DNA of 64,000 bases from Planctomycetota bacterium. Lineage in GTDB: Bacteria > Planctomycetota > UBA8108 > SXIK01. The stretch covers positions 5,280,001-5,344,000 of the forward strand of contig CBDCXR010000004.1 of the NCBI GenBank assembly GCA_965223845.1, read 5' to 3'. This document shows, piece by piece, positions 10,023 through 20,228 of the stretch (position 1 is its first letter; every line of letters starts with the position of its first letter). A program made the translations under genes and the position numbers. The notes below the pieces were generated by a model. That model did not search any database and was not told the DNA's origin. It was given only the letters and a program-made list of their open reading frames with translations.

Positions 10023-13000
10023 GTGAGCGAGAGTCTCCGGACCGGGATACGATCACGATCGATTCAACGCATTGCCCTGCTCGCGTTGTTAGCTTTGGGC
10101 GTGTCTCATCCCGCAGCCGCTGACGGCCAACGGATCGCAATCGCGCGACCGGTGAGCGGGATTCTCGTCGACGGGGATCCGAGCGATTGGCCGTCGGACC
10201 TGCGGCGGTACCCCATCGCGAAAGCCGAGTTCGCGTCGCGGCCGCGGGACGAGATCGATTTTCGGGCGAGCTTTTCCGTCGGCTTCGATCCGTCCGAGAA
10301 CGCCCTCTACGTCCTCGTGCGGGTCCGCGACGACTCGACGGTGGTCTCCACCCACTGGCGCGACACCGACGGTTGCTCGATCTATCTCGGAACGGAGGCC
10401 GATCGCGAAGGCGAACGACGGATCGTGCAGTTTAACGCGTACGGTGATTACGACGACCGCGCCGTGACCGCGGTTCGCGATCAAGTCGCCGCCGCCGCGT
10501 GGAATCGCGGACCAGAGCAGCACGTATACGAGTGGCGATTCGACTGGAAAGCGCTCTTCGGCGACGGTCACGAACTCAAGGACGGTCGAAACGCCGGGTT
10601 TGACGTATCCGTATGCGATCGGGATCGAGACGACTCGTTCTCATGGATCGCCTGGACTCCAGGAATCCGAAAATCGGAAATACAAGGACGGATCGGTGAC
10701 CTCCTGTTCGCCTCTTCCGCTAGCGGGACCGGATGGATCGAGGGTCGAATCGACGCCGGATCTCTGCGAGGGCAACCTTTTGACCCGACTCTCATGGTAC
10801 GGCGCGAGCCGTTCGAATCCTCGCCGCGGATCACCATTCACGCCGACCGTCAGGGGCGGTTCCGTGCTGAACTGCCCGAAGGCCGTTACCAGATTTCTTC
10901 TCGGGCCGACCATCGCACCGAGCAGTGTGATGTCCGGGCCGGCAAGTCTACCGAGATCCAAGTTGGCCTACGCCCCGCTCCGGCTTATTCACGGTACTGC
11001 GCACGGGATCGAAAGAACATCGTGGGTCCCGGAAAGCACACCGCCTCTGGGTTTCATTTCGTTAGCCCAGACGAGCTCGGAGCCACGGAGGCAGGCGGCG
11101 TGTTTCAAGCCCGCAGCGGGGAACTATGGATCTACGGTTTTCGCGGCATAGCAAGTTTCGACGGCGAGTCATTCTACTTTTATGGCAGTCGCCTGCTCCC
11201 AAGGACGCCCGACACCGTCTCGGCGATCGACATGGTAGAGGATCTGACCGGTACGTTCTGGATCGCTGCCGAGGACGGGTTGTACCAGTTCCGAGAACAA
11301 GTCTTCACGTTCGTCTCTGGATCCCGCGGAATACGGGGCACGCTGCGGAAGCTGGTCGTTGGTGCAGACGGAACTCTCTGGGTCGGAACGGAATCGAGTG
11401 TCATCCGACTCTCCGACGGTCTTTTCGAGACCGTTGTTGACTGGAACCATCTCGACTACCGACTGTTGAGTTTCGCCGTCGCGCCAGACGACTCCATATG
11501 GATTGGCACCACGAACGGACTGCTTCACGTCGCCGAAGGAAGGACCGAGAGATTCACGAGCGCGGGCGGCCTCCCGAGCGACCGAGTCACCGATGTCGCG
11601 ATCGGGCACAGCGGGAAAAAACTGTGGATCGGGACGGACAAGGGTGTAGCGGTACGTGAAGAGGGAAAGTTCCGGGTCTGGCCGATCAACGCCCCCACGA
11701 GCACCGAGAAAGTATCGCGGATCGGGGTCCGGAGCCTCGTCGAGTCGCCGGACGGGCGTGTGTGGTTCACGTTCCGTAACCGCTCGCTGTGGGAGATCGG
11801 ACCGCACGGTCCAAATCGACTCTCAAATGAAGGCGCTCGAGGTCTGTGCATCGATCGAGAAGGAAATCTTTGGGTCGCGTCCGGTACCGTGCTGAGCCGA
11901 GTCGAACCTGAGCACTCGTCGAAGTTGACGACCTCGAAGATCTACGCAAGCGCGAGAGTTCGTTGTCTGATGCTGACGTCGAACGACACCGCGTGGATCG
12001 GCACAAACGCTCGAGGTCTCTTTCGCGAAGCCTCCGGCAGTGTCACGAACTGGACTACAAGCGATGGCCTTCCCCACAACGGCGTCGGCGCAATCCTCGA
12101 AGATTCTCACGGCGGCGTCTGGGTTGGCACGGCAGCGGGGCTAGCTCGCATCACACCGGACGGGAGCTTCTCGGCGTTCGCTCGAAACGACGAGCTCGTC
12201 GGACACAATGTGACGTGCCTTCTCGAGGATCGTCGCGGTCGAATCTGGATCGGTAGCATCTCTGGAGTCTCGATCTACGACGGAAACGGCGTATCGTCGC
12301 TGACTTCTCTCGATGGACTCCCTGACAACCATATTACCGATTTGTGCGAAGACGACAGGGGATCCGTGTGGATCGGGACCGTCCGCGGCACGGCGCGCTA
12401 CGATCCGATTCAAGATAGAGTCAGCTACGTCGCCGCTCGTAACACGCTCCCGAGGGTGGAATGCCTGTTTAGGCGTAGCGATGGCTCGCTTTGGCTCGGC
12501 GGAGCTGGCGGTTTATCTCGCTTCGATGGTAACAAGTGGACACGACTCGACATATTGCATGATCTCGATGTCGTCTTCGCGATCGCACAGATCGACGAGG
12601 CACGACTTTGCCTCGGGACGGCGAATGGCCTCGTACTCTACGACGGATTCGCAGCACAGCGGGTCACGATGCTAGACGGCCTTCTCCCTGGCAAAGTCGC
12701 GGCGCTCGCCACGCTTAGCGACAACTCCGTTCTCGTTGGGGCGAATCCGGGACTCAACCACTACTTCGCGCGGCCCGCTTCGCCTCCGATCAAGATCACG
12801 CGAGTATCGACGGTCGACGTCGGTGACACCACAAGTGTGGTCCGACTCGATCCATCGGAGTTTCCGTTCGAGATCGAATTCAGCTCGATCAGCTTCAAGA
12901 CTCGGCCAGGATCGCTCTTGTATCGCCACCGGCTCGTTGGGTTCGACGAGGAGTGGAAACTCTCGACCGAACCGCGCGTCGCTTATCGGCAAGTTCCACC

Positions 13001-14396
13001 TGGAACCTATCGGTTCGAGGTGCAAGCGATCGATCGCGATCTCGAATACTCCGACTCACCCGCTCAGGTTCAGATCCAGGTCGAGCCCGATTACGCGAGT
13101 CTCGCGCTTTGGATCGTCACGGCGAGTTCGGGTCTCTTGGCGATTTGGCTGGGCGTGCTTCTCGTGAGACGCGAGCGGAGCATCCGCCGAATGAATGTAG
13201 AGCTCGAAGACCGCGTCGAGAAAAGAACGACCGCTCTTCGCCGGGAGATCGAACACAGCGAGACGCTGCGCGAGCAGCTACTCCACACCCAGAAGCTCGA
13301 AGCGATCGGCACGCTCTCGGCGGGCGTGGCGCATGATTTCAACAACGTGCTCACGGCGATTCTCAACTACGTTCACCTCGTAGAGCTCAGCGAGGATCGA
13401 ACCCAGGTGACTCGCTGGATCGCTGGAATCCGAGATGCGGTCGAACAAGCCTCGGGAGTCACCAGCGCTTTGCTAACGTTTAGCCGAAAAACACCAACTC
13501 AGCGATCCAGTCAGCGACTGACACAAGTCGTCGCGGGGGCCTCGAGCTTGCTCGACCGATTGCTTCCGGCCTCGATCAATCTCCAAGTCGACTTCGCCGA
13601 GGAACATCCCATTTGGTGCCAAGTCGACGGCCCCCAGATACAGCAAGTCGTGGTGAATCTGTCTCTGAACGCACGCGATTCGATGGCCGACGGCGGTACG
13701 CTGACGATCGCCGTTCGTTCGTTCACCACTCAAGACGGTTCGAAACGTGCCTTGGTGATCGTTGAAGATACGGGGACCGGCATGTCCGAGAGTACGCGAG
13801 GACGCGTATTTGAACCTTTCTTCACGACGAAGGCACGTGGACGAGGAACCGGTATCGGCATGGCGATCGTCCACGGCATCATCTCCGACCACGACGGGAC
13901 GGTGAACGTGGAATCCGAGCTCGGAGTCGGCACCAAAGTGTCGATTGAGCTGCCGTGCTGTCCGCCGCCATCGGAATCGGAGTCGCTATCCGCCGACGGC
14001 ATCGAAGATCGGCACTCGCTCCGTACGATTCTTGTAGCGGAGGACGATTGGCACGTGCAGGAATCCGTGTGTCTCGCGCTTCAGAATCTCGGCTATTCCG
14101 TAGTCCGGGCCTCAGACGGACCGGAGGCCGTCGAATTCGTGCTCGCCCGACACAGCGAGTTGTCGGCGGTTGTGTTGGACGTCGACCTTCCTCGAATGAA
14201 CGGCTACGACTGTCTCCGTGCGATGCGTCGAGCCGTACCGAACCTTCCCGCCGTGATCGCGAGCAGCCTCAGAAGCTCCGAATCGATCTTCGAGCTCGGG
14301 TCCGCCACGGTGGCTCTCCCGAAGCCGTTCACCGTGATCCAGCTGGTCCGAGCGCTTGAAGAAGCATTGAAGGACGAGATCACCAGAGACCGCTGA
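10023..14396 (+). CDS. Hybrid sensor kinase: signal peptide, CBM9-like sugar-binding domain, Reg_prop beta-propellers, Y_Y_Y, TM, HisKA-HATPase-REC
   Basis: VDGDPSDW...LYVLVRVRDD (CBM9-like); repeated D..G.LWIGT..GL blades; YRHRLVG..GTYRFEVQA; AHDFNNVL; REC with VLDVDLPRMNG. GTG 10023 follows GGAGG; ATG 9972 is an alternative start. Confidence 0.9.
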   Translation: MSESLRTGIRSRSIQRIALLALLALGVSHPAAADGQRIAIARPVSGILVDGDPSDWPSDLRRYPIAKAEFASRPRDEIDFRASFSVGFDPSENALYVLVRVRDDSTVVSTHWRDTDGCSIYLGTEADREGERRIVQFNAYGDYDDRAVTAVRDQVAAAAWNRGPEQHVYEWRFDWKALFGDGHELKDGRNAGFDVSVCDRDRDDSFSWIAWTPGIRKSEIQGRIGDLLFASSASGTGWIEGRIDAGSLRGQPFDPTLMVRREPFESSPRITIHADRQGRFRAELPEGRYQISSRADHRTEQCDVRAGKSTEIQVGLRPAPAYSRYCARDRKNIVGPGKHTASGFHFVSPDELGATEAGGVFQARSGELWIYGFRGIASFDGESFYFYGSRLLPRTPDTVSAIDMVEDLTGTFWIAAEDGLYQFREQVFTFVSGSRGIRGTLRKLVVGADGTLWVGTESSVIRLSDGLFETVVDWNHLDYRLLSFAVAPDDSIWIGTTNGLLHVAEGRTERFTSAGGLPSDRVTDVAIGHSGKKLWIGTDKGVAVREEGKFRVWPINAPTSTEKVSRIGVRSLVESPDGRVWFTFRNRSLWEIGPHGPNRLSNEGARGLCIDREGNLWVASGTVLSRVEPEHSSKLTTSKIYASARVRCLMLTSNDTAWIGTNARGLFREASGSVTNWTTSDGLPHNGVGAILEDSHGGVWVGTAAGLARITPDGSFSAFARNDELVGHNVTCLLEDRRGRIWIGSISGVSIYDGNGVSSLTSLDGLPDNHITDLCEDDRGSVWIGTVRGTARYDPIQDRVSYVAARNTLPRVECLFRRSDGSLWLGGAGGLSRFDGNKWTRLDILHDLDVVFAIAQIDEARLCLGTANGLVLYDGFAAQRVTMLDGLLPGKVAALATLSDNSVLVGANPGLNHYFARPASPPIKITRVSTVDVGDTTSVVRLDPSEFPFEIEFSSISFKTRPGSLLYRHRLVGFDEEWKLSTEPRVAYRQVPPGTYRFEVQAIDRDLEYSDSPAQVQIQVEPDYASLALWIVTASSGLLAIWLGVLLVRRERSIRRMNVELEDRVEKRTTALRREIEHSETLREQLLHTQKLEAIGTLSAGVAHDFNNVLTAILNYVHLVELSEDRTQVTRWIAGIRDAVEQASGVTSALLTFSRKTPTQRSSQRLTQVVAGASSLLDRLLPASINLQVDFAEEHPIWCQVDGPQIQQVVVNLSLNARDSMADGGTLTIAVRSFTTQDGSKRALVIVEDTGTGMSESTRGRVFEPFFTTKARGRGTGIGMAIVHGIISDHDGTVNVESELGVGTKVSIELPCCPPPSESESLSADGIEDRHSLRTILVAEDDWHVQESVCLALQNLGYSVVRASDGPEAVEFVLARHSELSAVVLDVDLPRMNGYDCLRAMRRAVPNLPAVIASSLRSSESIFELGSATVALPKPFTVIQLVRALEEALKDEITRDR

Positions 14397-14461
14397 CGAG
14401 CGCAAACGGATCGAAATCTCGACTTATCGATGGATTCGCGCGCGAATCCGAGAGCGCCGAT

Positions 14462-15493
14462 CTACACCACCGAACCCAGCCGCGGTCCCCAACTCGGCGC
14501 GATGCGCTCGCCGTGCTTCGCAAGCGCGTCCATCTCCGGTTTCGAGAGCGGTGGCGCATTCAGCACGTAGCGGATGTTCTGCCGCATCTCCTGCTCGTCG
14601 TGACAGCCGATCACGACGCCCGTGACTCCCTCGAGACTGAGCGAGTACCGAACGGCGATCTGCATGAAGATTGGATCCATCTGCGCCGGCCGCCGCTGGC
14701 GATTGAACGCGAAGCCGCCGCGGATCCCGCCGAACACCTTCATCGCCATCGCCGCCGTGCCCACTTCGCGGGCGCGCGGGAGCACCTTGTCCTCGAAGCC
14801 GTAGATGTGCCGGTCGACGAAGTTCATCGCGACCATCATCACGTCGACCTGCTTCGTATCGAGCATCCGAAGGAACTGAAGCGGGCGGTTGTGCCCCGTG
14901 ATCCCGAGGAAGCGCGCCTTCCCGGCTTTTTTGAGCTCGAGGAAGTAGTCCCACATTCCGCCTTCGGCGAGCACTATGTCGAGATCGCGACCGCCGGTGT
15001 GGTGAAGGTGGAGGAGGTCGACATGGTCGACTCCGAGCTTCTTGATCGAAGTCTCGAACGAGCGCGTCGCCCCTTTGCGCGTGTTTTCCATGCACTTCGT
15101 GGCGAGGAACACTTTATCGCGACGTGTCTTCAGCACCTCGCCCAGGGCGTCCTCCGCGTTCCCGTAGATCCGCGCGGTGTCGACGTACGTGATTCCGCGA
15201 TCGATCGCTTCGGAAAACACCTTCACGCACGTCGCGGTGTCCTGCGGCCCCTCTCCCATGCACGCCGTGCCTAACCCGATGATGCTCACCTTTGCGCCCG
15301 TCGTTCCGAGGACGCGCTGCGGAATCTCGCCGAGATCCTCGTCGTCCCCGATCGGCGCGGTCGGCGGTGCCGCCCAGGCCGCGGGGAGCGACCCGCCGAG
15401 ACCGAGTGCGGCCGCGCCGGCGGCGGCGCCTCCGGCTCCGATGAACGATCGACGACTGATCGAACCGTCGCGGTCTTCTCTGCGCTGGGACAT
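14462..15493 (-). CDS. Tat-exported aldo/keto reductase
   Basis: SRRSFI twin-arginine leader; GLGT, DTARIYG, FLATK, DLLHLH motifs. Confidence 0.9.
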   Translation of the reverse strand: MSQRREDRDGSISRRSFIGAGGAAAGAAALGLGGSLPAAWAAPPTAPIGDDEDLGEIPQRVLGTTGAKVSIIGLGTACMGEGPQDTATCVKVFSEAIDRGITYVDTARIYGNAEDALGEVLKTRRDKVFLATKCMENTRKGATRSFETSIKKLGVDHVDLLHLHHTGGRDLDIVLAEGGMWDYFLELKKAGKARFLGITGHNRPLQFLRMLDTKQVDVMMVAMNFVDRHIYGFEDKVLPRAREVGTAAMAMKVFGGIRGGFAFNRQRRPAQMDPIFMQIAVRYSLSLEGVTGVVIGCHDEQEMRQNIRYVLNAPPLSKPEMDALAKHGERIAPSWGPRLGSVV

Positions 15494-15530
15494 TATCTAC
15501 TCCGTCTCTCGGCTTGACTCTTGGCTCGGT

Positions 15531-16979
15531 TCATTGATTCGCGCGCGCCTTGCCGCTGCGCGCGGCGGCCGCGTTCTTCTTCTTCGGCGCGGGAAACCGC
15601 CACCGCTCCGACGGCTCGTATGACGCGTGCATGAGCGCCTTCGCCCAGCGTACGATCTCCGGGTGATCCTTCGCGACATCGTTCTCTTCCCCGAGGTCGG
15701 CCGCGAGATCGTAGAGACGAAGCGCCGAGCCCTTGGGCTGCACGATCGCCTTCCAGTTGCCGAGCCGAACCGCCTCCGCACCACCGCGTTCGTAGAATGC
15801 CCAATAGAGGGCCGGGTGGTTCTGCTGACGCTCCGGTTCACCCAGAAGCGTCGGCGCGAAGGAAATCCCGTCGATGCGGAGCGGGACTTGCTTCGTAGCG
15901 CCGGCCAGCTCGGCGAGCGTCGGCATCACATCTTGAAAGCACCCGATGTGCTCCGACGTCGAACCCGCCGCGATCTTTCCCGGCCAGCGGGCGATCAAGG
16001 GGACGCGGATCCCACCTTCGGTGAGATCGCGTTTGGTCCCGCGGAGAGGACCGTTCGAGTCGAAGAACGTCGCCTTGTGTCCCCCTTCGTTGTGGGGACC
16101 GTTGTCCGAGGTAAAGAAAATCGCGGTGTCGTCGTCGAGATCAAGTTTCTCGAGTAGTGCGAGCAACCGACCGACATCGCGATCCATGCGCGCGATCATG
16201 GCGGCCTGGCCCTTCGCGGGTTCGGGCCAGTCGCGAGCCGCGTATTCGCCGTACTCGGGGACCTCCATTCCCTTGTTCCCCGCCTCGTTGTTCGCGTGAG
16301 GGATCGTCCACGCGAGGTAAAGGAAGAACGGCCGGGCGCGATTCTCTTCGACGAAACGCAGCGCTTCGTTCGTCATGAGGTCGTGCGAGTACTCGACCTT
16401 CTCCGTCGCGACCCCCTGTCCCCATTTTCCTTCCTTCGGAACAACGTTCTTGAGTGGCACGCGCTCGTCGTTCCGAACGAGAAACGTCGGATAGTAATTG
16501 TGCGCGTGATGCTGATCGAGATAGCCGTAGAAGTAGTCGAAGCCCTGCTTCGTCGGAATTCCGGTCGAGCCTTCGTGCCCGAGCCCCCACTTGCCGACGA
16601 GGGCGCTCGTGTAGCCCGCCGGCGCGAGAACTTCGGCGACCGTGACGTCCTCGGGGCGCAGGTTGTCCTTCCCGTTCCCGCGAATGAAGGCGTGCCCGGT
16701 GTGGAGTCCCGTCATGAGAACGCAGCGCGACGGCGCGCAGACCGTCGAGCCCGCGTAAAACTGCGTGAACCGCACCCCCTCGCGCGCGAGGCGATCGATG
16801 TTCGGCGTGCGGATCTCCTTCTGCCCGTAGCACCCGAGGTCGCCGTACCCGAGGTCGTCGACCATGATGAAAATCAGATTCGGTTTTCGCGCCGTCTCGG
16901 CTTGCGCCGTTCCGAGCGATAAGAAGAGCAGCATCGCCGCGCACAGAGACGTCGACAGAGTCACGAACCGGTTCGTCAT
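15531..16979 (-). CDS. Arylsulfatase (Cys-type, formylglycine-dependent)
   Basis: PNLIFIMVDDLGYGD, CAPSRCVLMTG, GKWGLG, FTSDNG; signal peptide. Confidence 0.95.
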   Translation of the reverse strand: MTNRFVTLSTSLCAAMLLFLSLGTAQAETARKPNLIFIMVDDLGYGDLGCYGQKEIRTPNIDRLAREGVRFTQFYAGSTVCAPSRCVLMTGLHTGHAFIRGNGKDNLRPEDVTVAEVLAPAGYTSALVGKWGLGHEGSTGIPTKQGFDYFYGYLDQHHAHNYYPTFLVRNDERVPLKNVVPKEGKWGQGVATEKVEYSHDLMTNEALRFVEENRARPFFLYLAWTIPHANNEAGNKGMEVPEYGEYAARDWPEPAKGQAAMIARMDRDVGRLLALLEKLDLDDDTAIFFTSDNGPHNEGGHKATFFDSNGPLRGTKRDLTEGGIRVPLIARWPGKIAAGSTSEHIGCFQDVMPTLAELAGATKQVPLRIDGISFAPTLLGEPERQQNHPALYWAFYERGGAEAVRLGNWKAIVQPKGSALRLYDLAADLGEENDVAKDHPEIVRWAKALMHASYEPSERWRFPAPKKKNAAAARSGKARANQ

Positions 16980-17160
16980 TGGAATCTCGTGAATGGAAGG
17001 AATCGTCACGCGAGCGCGGCCGACCGCCGGCGCTCGAAGCGGAGGAACATCGTACTCGCCGGCGAACCGGCGACAAAGGGATCACCGTGGCGCGTGGACC
17101 GTGACCGTAGACTTCAGTTTGTCGGCGATCTCGACGTCCGCGCCGAACCACCCCATGAGC

Positions 17161-17835
17161 CTACCTACTCGCCCGGACCCAGAGCTCCGGCTCACGCCGG
17201 TCGTCGGTCGTCACGGAATCGACGCGGAATCCTACGCGCTCGATGAAGCGCCCGACGGAACTCCCACCGTCTTCGACGTCGGTTCCGAGCTCGTACTTCC
17301 CGACGTGCGCGAGCTCGTTGCGCGGCCCGGGATCTGGATAGGGTAAAACTATGTGCAGGGTCCCACCCGGCGCGAGAAGCCGGCGAAACTCCACGAGAAC
17401 GCGCTTCGGCTCGTAGGCGTGCTCGAGGGTGTGCGAGCTCACGATGGCGTCGAAGGACGCGTCGCGAAGAAACGAGAGATCGTGCATGTCGCCGCGGACG
17501 ACGGGCGCCCCCGAACCTTGCGACCGTCGAGACTTCTCGGCACTGAGTTCGACCCCGAGGACGCGCTCAAAACCGAGATCGGTGAGCGCGCGCAGGCCGG
17601 CGCCGTCGCCGCAGGCGCAGTCGAGAACTCGCGCGCTGCGATCCGTGTTCGAGAACGCGAGTTCGAAGTAGCGCCGCTGCGCCGCGACCCACTCGGGCAC
17701 GTCCGACTCGAAGCTGCGGTACGTCTCGGTTTGGAGCCTCAGATACTCGCGGTAGTCGGAGACCACGTCGCGAGCGGAACGCGGCGGCGAGCGAAGCGCG
17801 AGCCGTAGCTTTCGCACGAGTCTTCGCCAAGACAT
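17161..17835 (-). CDS. Class I SAM-dependent methyltransferase
   Basis: VLDCACGDG motif I; SFDAIVSSHTLEH...LAPGG. Confidence 0.85.
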   Translation of the reverse strand: MSWRRLVRKLRLALRSPPRSARDVVSDYREYLRLQTETYRSFESDVPEWVAAQRRYFELAFSNTDRSARVLDCACGDGAGLRALTDLGFERVLGVELSAEKSRRSQGSGAPVVRGDMHDLSFLRDASFDAIVSSHTLEHAYEPKRVLVEFRRLLAPGGTLHIVLPYPDPGPRNELAHVGKYELGTDVEDGGSSVGRFIERVGFRVDSVTTDDRREPELWVRASR

Positions 17836-17842
17836 GCGAGGA

Positions 17843-20032
17843 TCAACTTCCGATGCTGGCCACGGCGACCGCGAGCCAGATGATCGCGAAGCACCCGAAG
17901 AGACTAAGGACGAATCCGATCACGTCGACGGGTCGCGGACGTTGGAACTCCCAGCTGCTCCCGGGAAAAAGTTTTCGGTCGTCGAATCGCCGCGGGTCGG
18001 CGTACGAACGCTCGAGCTCCGCGGCGTCCTCTTCGCGCGTCGCCGCTACGGGCGTCTTCATCTTGACGAAGTAGCGATCGAGCTGAGCGGGATCGCCACG
18101 ACGCGTGAGGAGACTGAATACGATCATCAGCACAAACGGCGTCAGGACACGCGCCGGCAAACGCAGAGTTTCGAGCGCCGAGCTCGAGAAGCTCGCGAGG
18201 TCGATTCCGATGAGCTGGTAGAGGTAGAGGTCGAGCTTGAAATAGCCGGCGCCGCGAAAGCTCCCCTCGCGCACGCTCTCGACGATCGTCGTGGCTCCCT
18301 CCCTGACACGCGAAACTTCGCGCAAGGTCGTGGCCTCTCCTTCGATCGGCTCCACTTTTCCCCAAAAGAGCGCCTTTCCGCCGGTGGTGTAGGAGTCCTC
18401 GAACGGTTCGCCGAGAACGAGTGCGTCCGGCGATTCGCCGAGTCGTGCCATCGAGCGCACGCGAACGTCTGCGTCCCCGATCGATCGCGCTTCGGACTCT
18501 GCAGCGGTCCACGCCGCGATGGCGGCGTTTCGCCGCGCGACGTCGGCGGGAGCCGCCGGACGGACGACCGTCGTCCTGGTGATGTGATTCGTGCCGAGAA
18601 ACTCGGGATTCTCGCGGAGGCTCGGCCACGCGAGCGGGAGTGCGATCGGCAGAATGAAGAAGACCATCGCGGTCGCGAGGATCGTAAACCACGCCGCGTT
18701 TCGCGTCGCGCGACGCCAGAACATTCCGACCCAGAACGGCGCCGCGAAAATTACCGGAAGCTCCCACGCGATCTTGAGCTGGTCGAACACATTCAGGAAC
18801 GCGAGCGACACCCAAGCTCCGCCGACGAGGATGACGACGGAAACGATGCGCGCCGCGAGCAAGCACTCGCGCTCGCTTACATCGCGCCGGAGAAAGGGCA
18901 CGTAGAGATTTCGGACGACGAGTCCCGACGTGACGAGCATGTAGCAGTCGGCAGACGACATCAGCGCCGCGAGAAGACACGCGAGCATGAGGCCGACGAG
19001 GCCCAGCCCGAGCGGTCCGAGGATCTCGACCGCAGCGAAGCCCCACGCGCGATCCGGGTCTTCGTTGACGCTGACGCTTTCCGCAAACAGCGCGAGCACA
19101 ATGAGACCCGTGAGCGCCCAACCCACCGTGCAGAGACGCTTCATGAAGTTTCCGGCGACGAGACCGACGCGCGCTGCCGTCTCCGATTTCGCCGAGCCGC
19201 CGCCCGTCGCGATGAAGTGCGGCTGAACGACGACGCCGACGAGATTGAGAACGGTGATCGCGACGATGTAATGAAGCGGAAACTCGCCGCCCTGCGGCGT
19301 GTCGAGCATGCGGAAGTACTGCTCGGGAAGGCGGTCGTGCATGACCTCGAATCCCGCGAGGATCCCGCTCGACTCGGGTCCGCCGAATCGCTCGACGAGC
19401 GCCGCCAGCCCCGACGGAATGAGGAGAATCGAGAGAAGGATGATGAAGATGCCCTGGATGAGATCCGTCCAGTACGCCGCGCGCAGGCCGCCGAGTGCGC
19501 CGTAGACGAGGACGACGAGCGCGATGATCGGGACGAGCACCGCTTCGACCGGGACGGGATCGACGAACCCGGGGAGCGTGACCGAATCGAACCCGAGGAG
19601 CGGCGGACAGATCTTTCCCACGGCCGAGAAGCTCACCGAGAGATAGACGATGTTGAAAAACAACGCGAAGACCGCGTACGCCGCTCCAAGGCCAACGCAG
19701 TTGAACCGCTCGACGAACCAGTCGCCGAGCGTGAGGTGGCGCATGCGCCGGTACCAGACGCCCGAGATCCAGTAGAACGGCGTCACGAAGAGCCAGAGGA
19801 GAACGCTCCAAATGCCGCTCAACCCGCTCGTGAACGTCGTCCTTCCGAGCGTGACGGGATCGTAGGCCCCCGTGCCCGCGCCGAACGCGGCGAAGGCCTG
19901 AAGGATCTTCCCGAAGGAGCGCCCGCCGAGGAAGAAGTCCTCCTGCTTCTTCACCCGCTTCGAGCACACGTAGCCGATGAGCGCCATCGCGAGGAAGTAG
20001 ACGACAAGAACGGTGTAGTCGAGGGCGGACAT
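17843..20032 (-). CDS. Sodium:solute symporter family protein
   Basis: EDFFLGGRSFG, GGLRAAYWTDLIQG, LLAALMSSAD; multiple TM segments; large soluble insert near the C-terminus. Confidence 0.92.
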   Translation of the reverse strand: MSALDYTVLVVYFLAMALIGYVCSKRVKKQEDFFLGGRSFGKILQAFAAFGAGTGAYDPVTLGRTTFTSGLSGIWSVLLWLFVTPFYWISGVWYRRMRHLTLGDWFVERFNCVGLGAAYAVFALFFNIVYLSVSFSAVGKICPPLLGFDSVTLPGFVDPVPVEAVLVPIIALVVLVYGALGGLRAAYWTDLIQGIFIILLSILLIPSGLAALVERFGGPESSGILAGFEVMHDRLPEQYFRMLDTPQGGEFPLHYIVAITVLNLVGVVVQPHFIATGGGSAKSETAARVGLVAGNFMKRLCTVGWALTGLIVLALFAESVSVNEDPDRAWGFAAVEILGPLGLGLVGLMLACLLAALMSSADCYMLVTSGLVVRNLYVPFLRRDVSERECLLAARIVSVVILVGGAWVSLAFLNVFDQLKIAWELPVIFAAPFWVGMFWRRATRNAAWFTILATAMVFFILPIALPLAWPSLRENPEFLGTNHITRTTVVRPAAPADVARRNAAIAAWTAAESEARSIGDADVRVRSMARLGESPDALVLGEPFEDSYTTGGKALFWGKVEPIEGEATTLREVSRVREGATTIVESVREGSFRGAGYFKLDLYLYQLIGIDLASFSSSALETLRLPARVLTPFVLMIVFSLLTRRGDPAQLDRYFVKMKTPVAATREEDAAELERSYADPRRFDDRKLFPGSSWEFQRPRPVDVIGFVLSLFGCFAIIWLAVAVASIGS

Positions 20033-20228
20033 AGCAAGCGGCGGGGGACGCGGGGAATTCGAACACGTACATCGACCGATCGGGAGAGCTTACCAAGGCG
20101 ATCCCGCGAACGATACAATCGCCCGTCCGTCGGCGCTCCTGCCGAGACGATGCACCACACTGCGGTGTTATTTCGTGCTCGATTCTGCGGTTGAGGAAAC
20201 GGAGAAGAGAAACTCGAATCCGAGAGCC

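Noticed and set aside
10808-10830. GTTCGAATCC, like a tRNA T-loop
   Set aside because: Lies inside the hybrid kinase CDS and has no cloverleaf.
14432-14449. Perfect palindrome GGATTCGCGCGCGAATCC sharing GGATTCGCGC with the cassette IR
   Set aside because: It sits between convergent genes and is most simply a terminator-like hairpin; the 10-nt match is too short to be meaningful.
17834-20194. Long alternative ORFs (e.g. 17834..20194 +, 17904..20096 -, 29016..31046 +, 37769..39325 +, 22005..23351 +)
   Set aside because: They are antisense or off-frame shadows of well-supported genes in high-GC DNA: Arg/Ser-rich and without family motifs.
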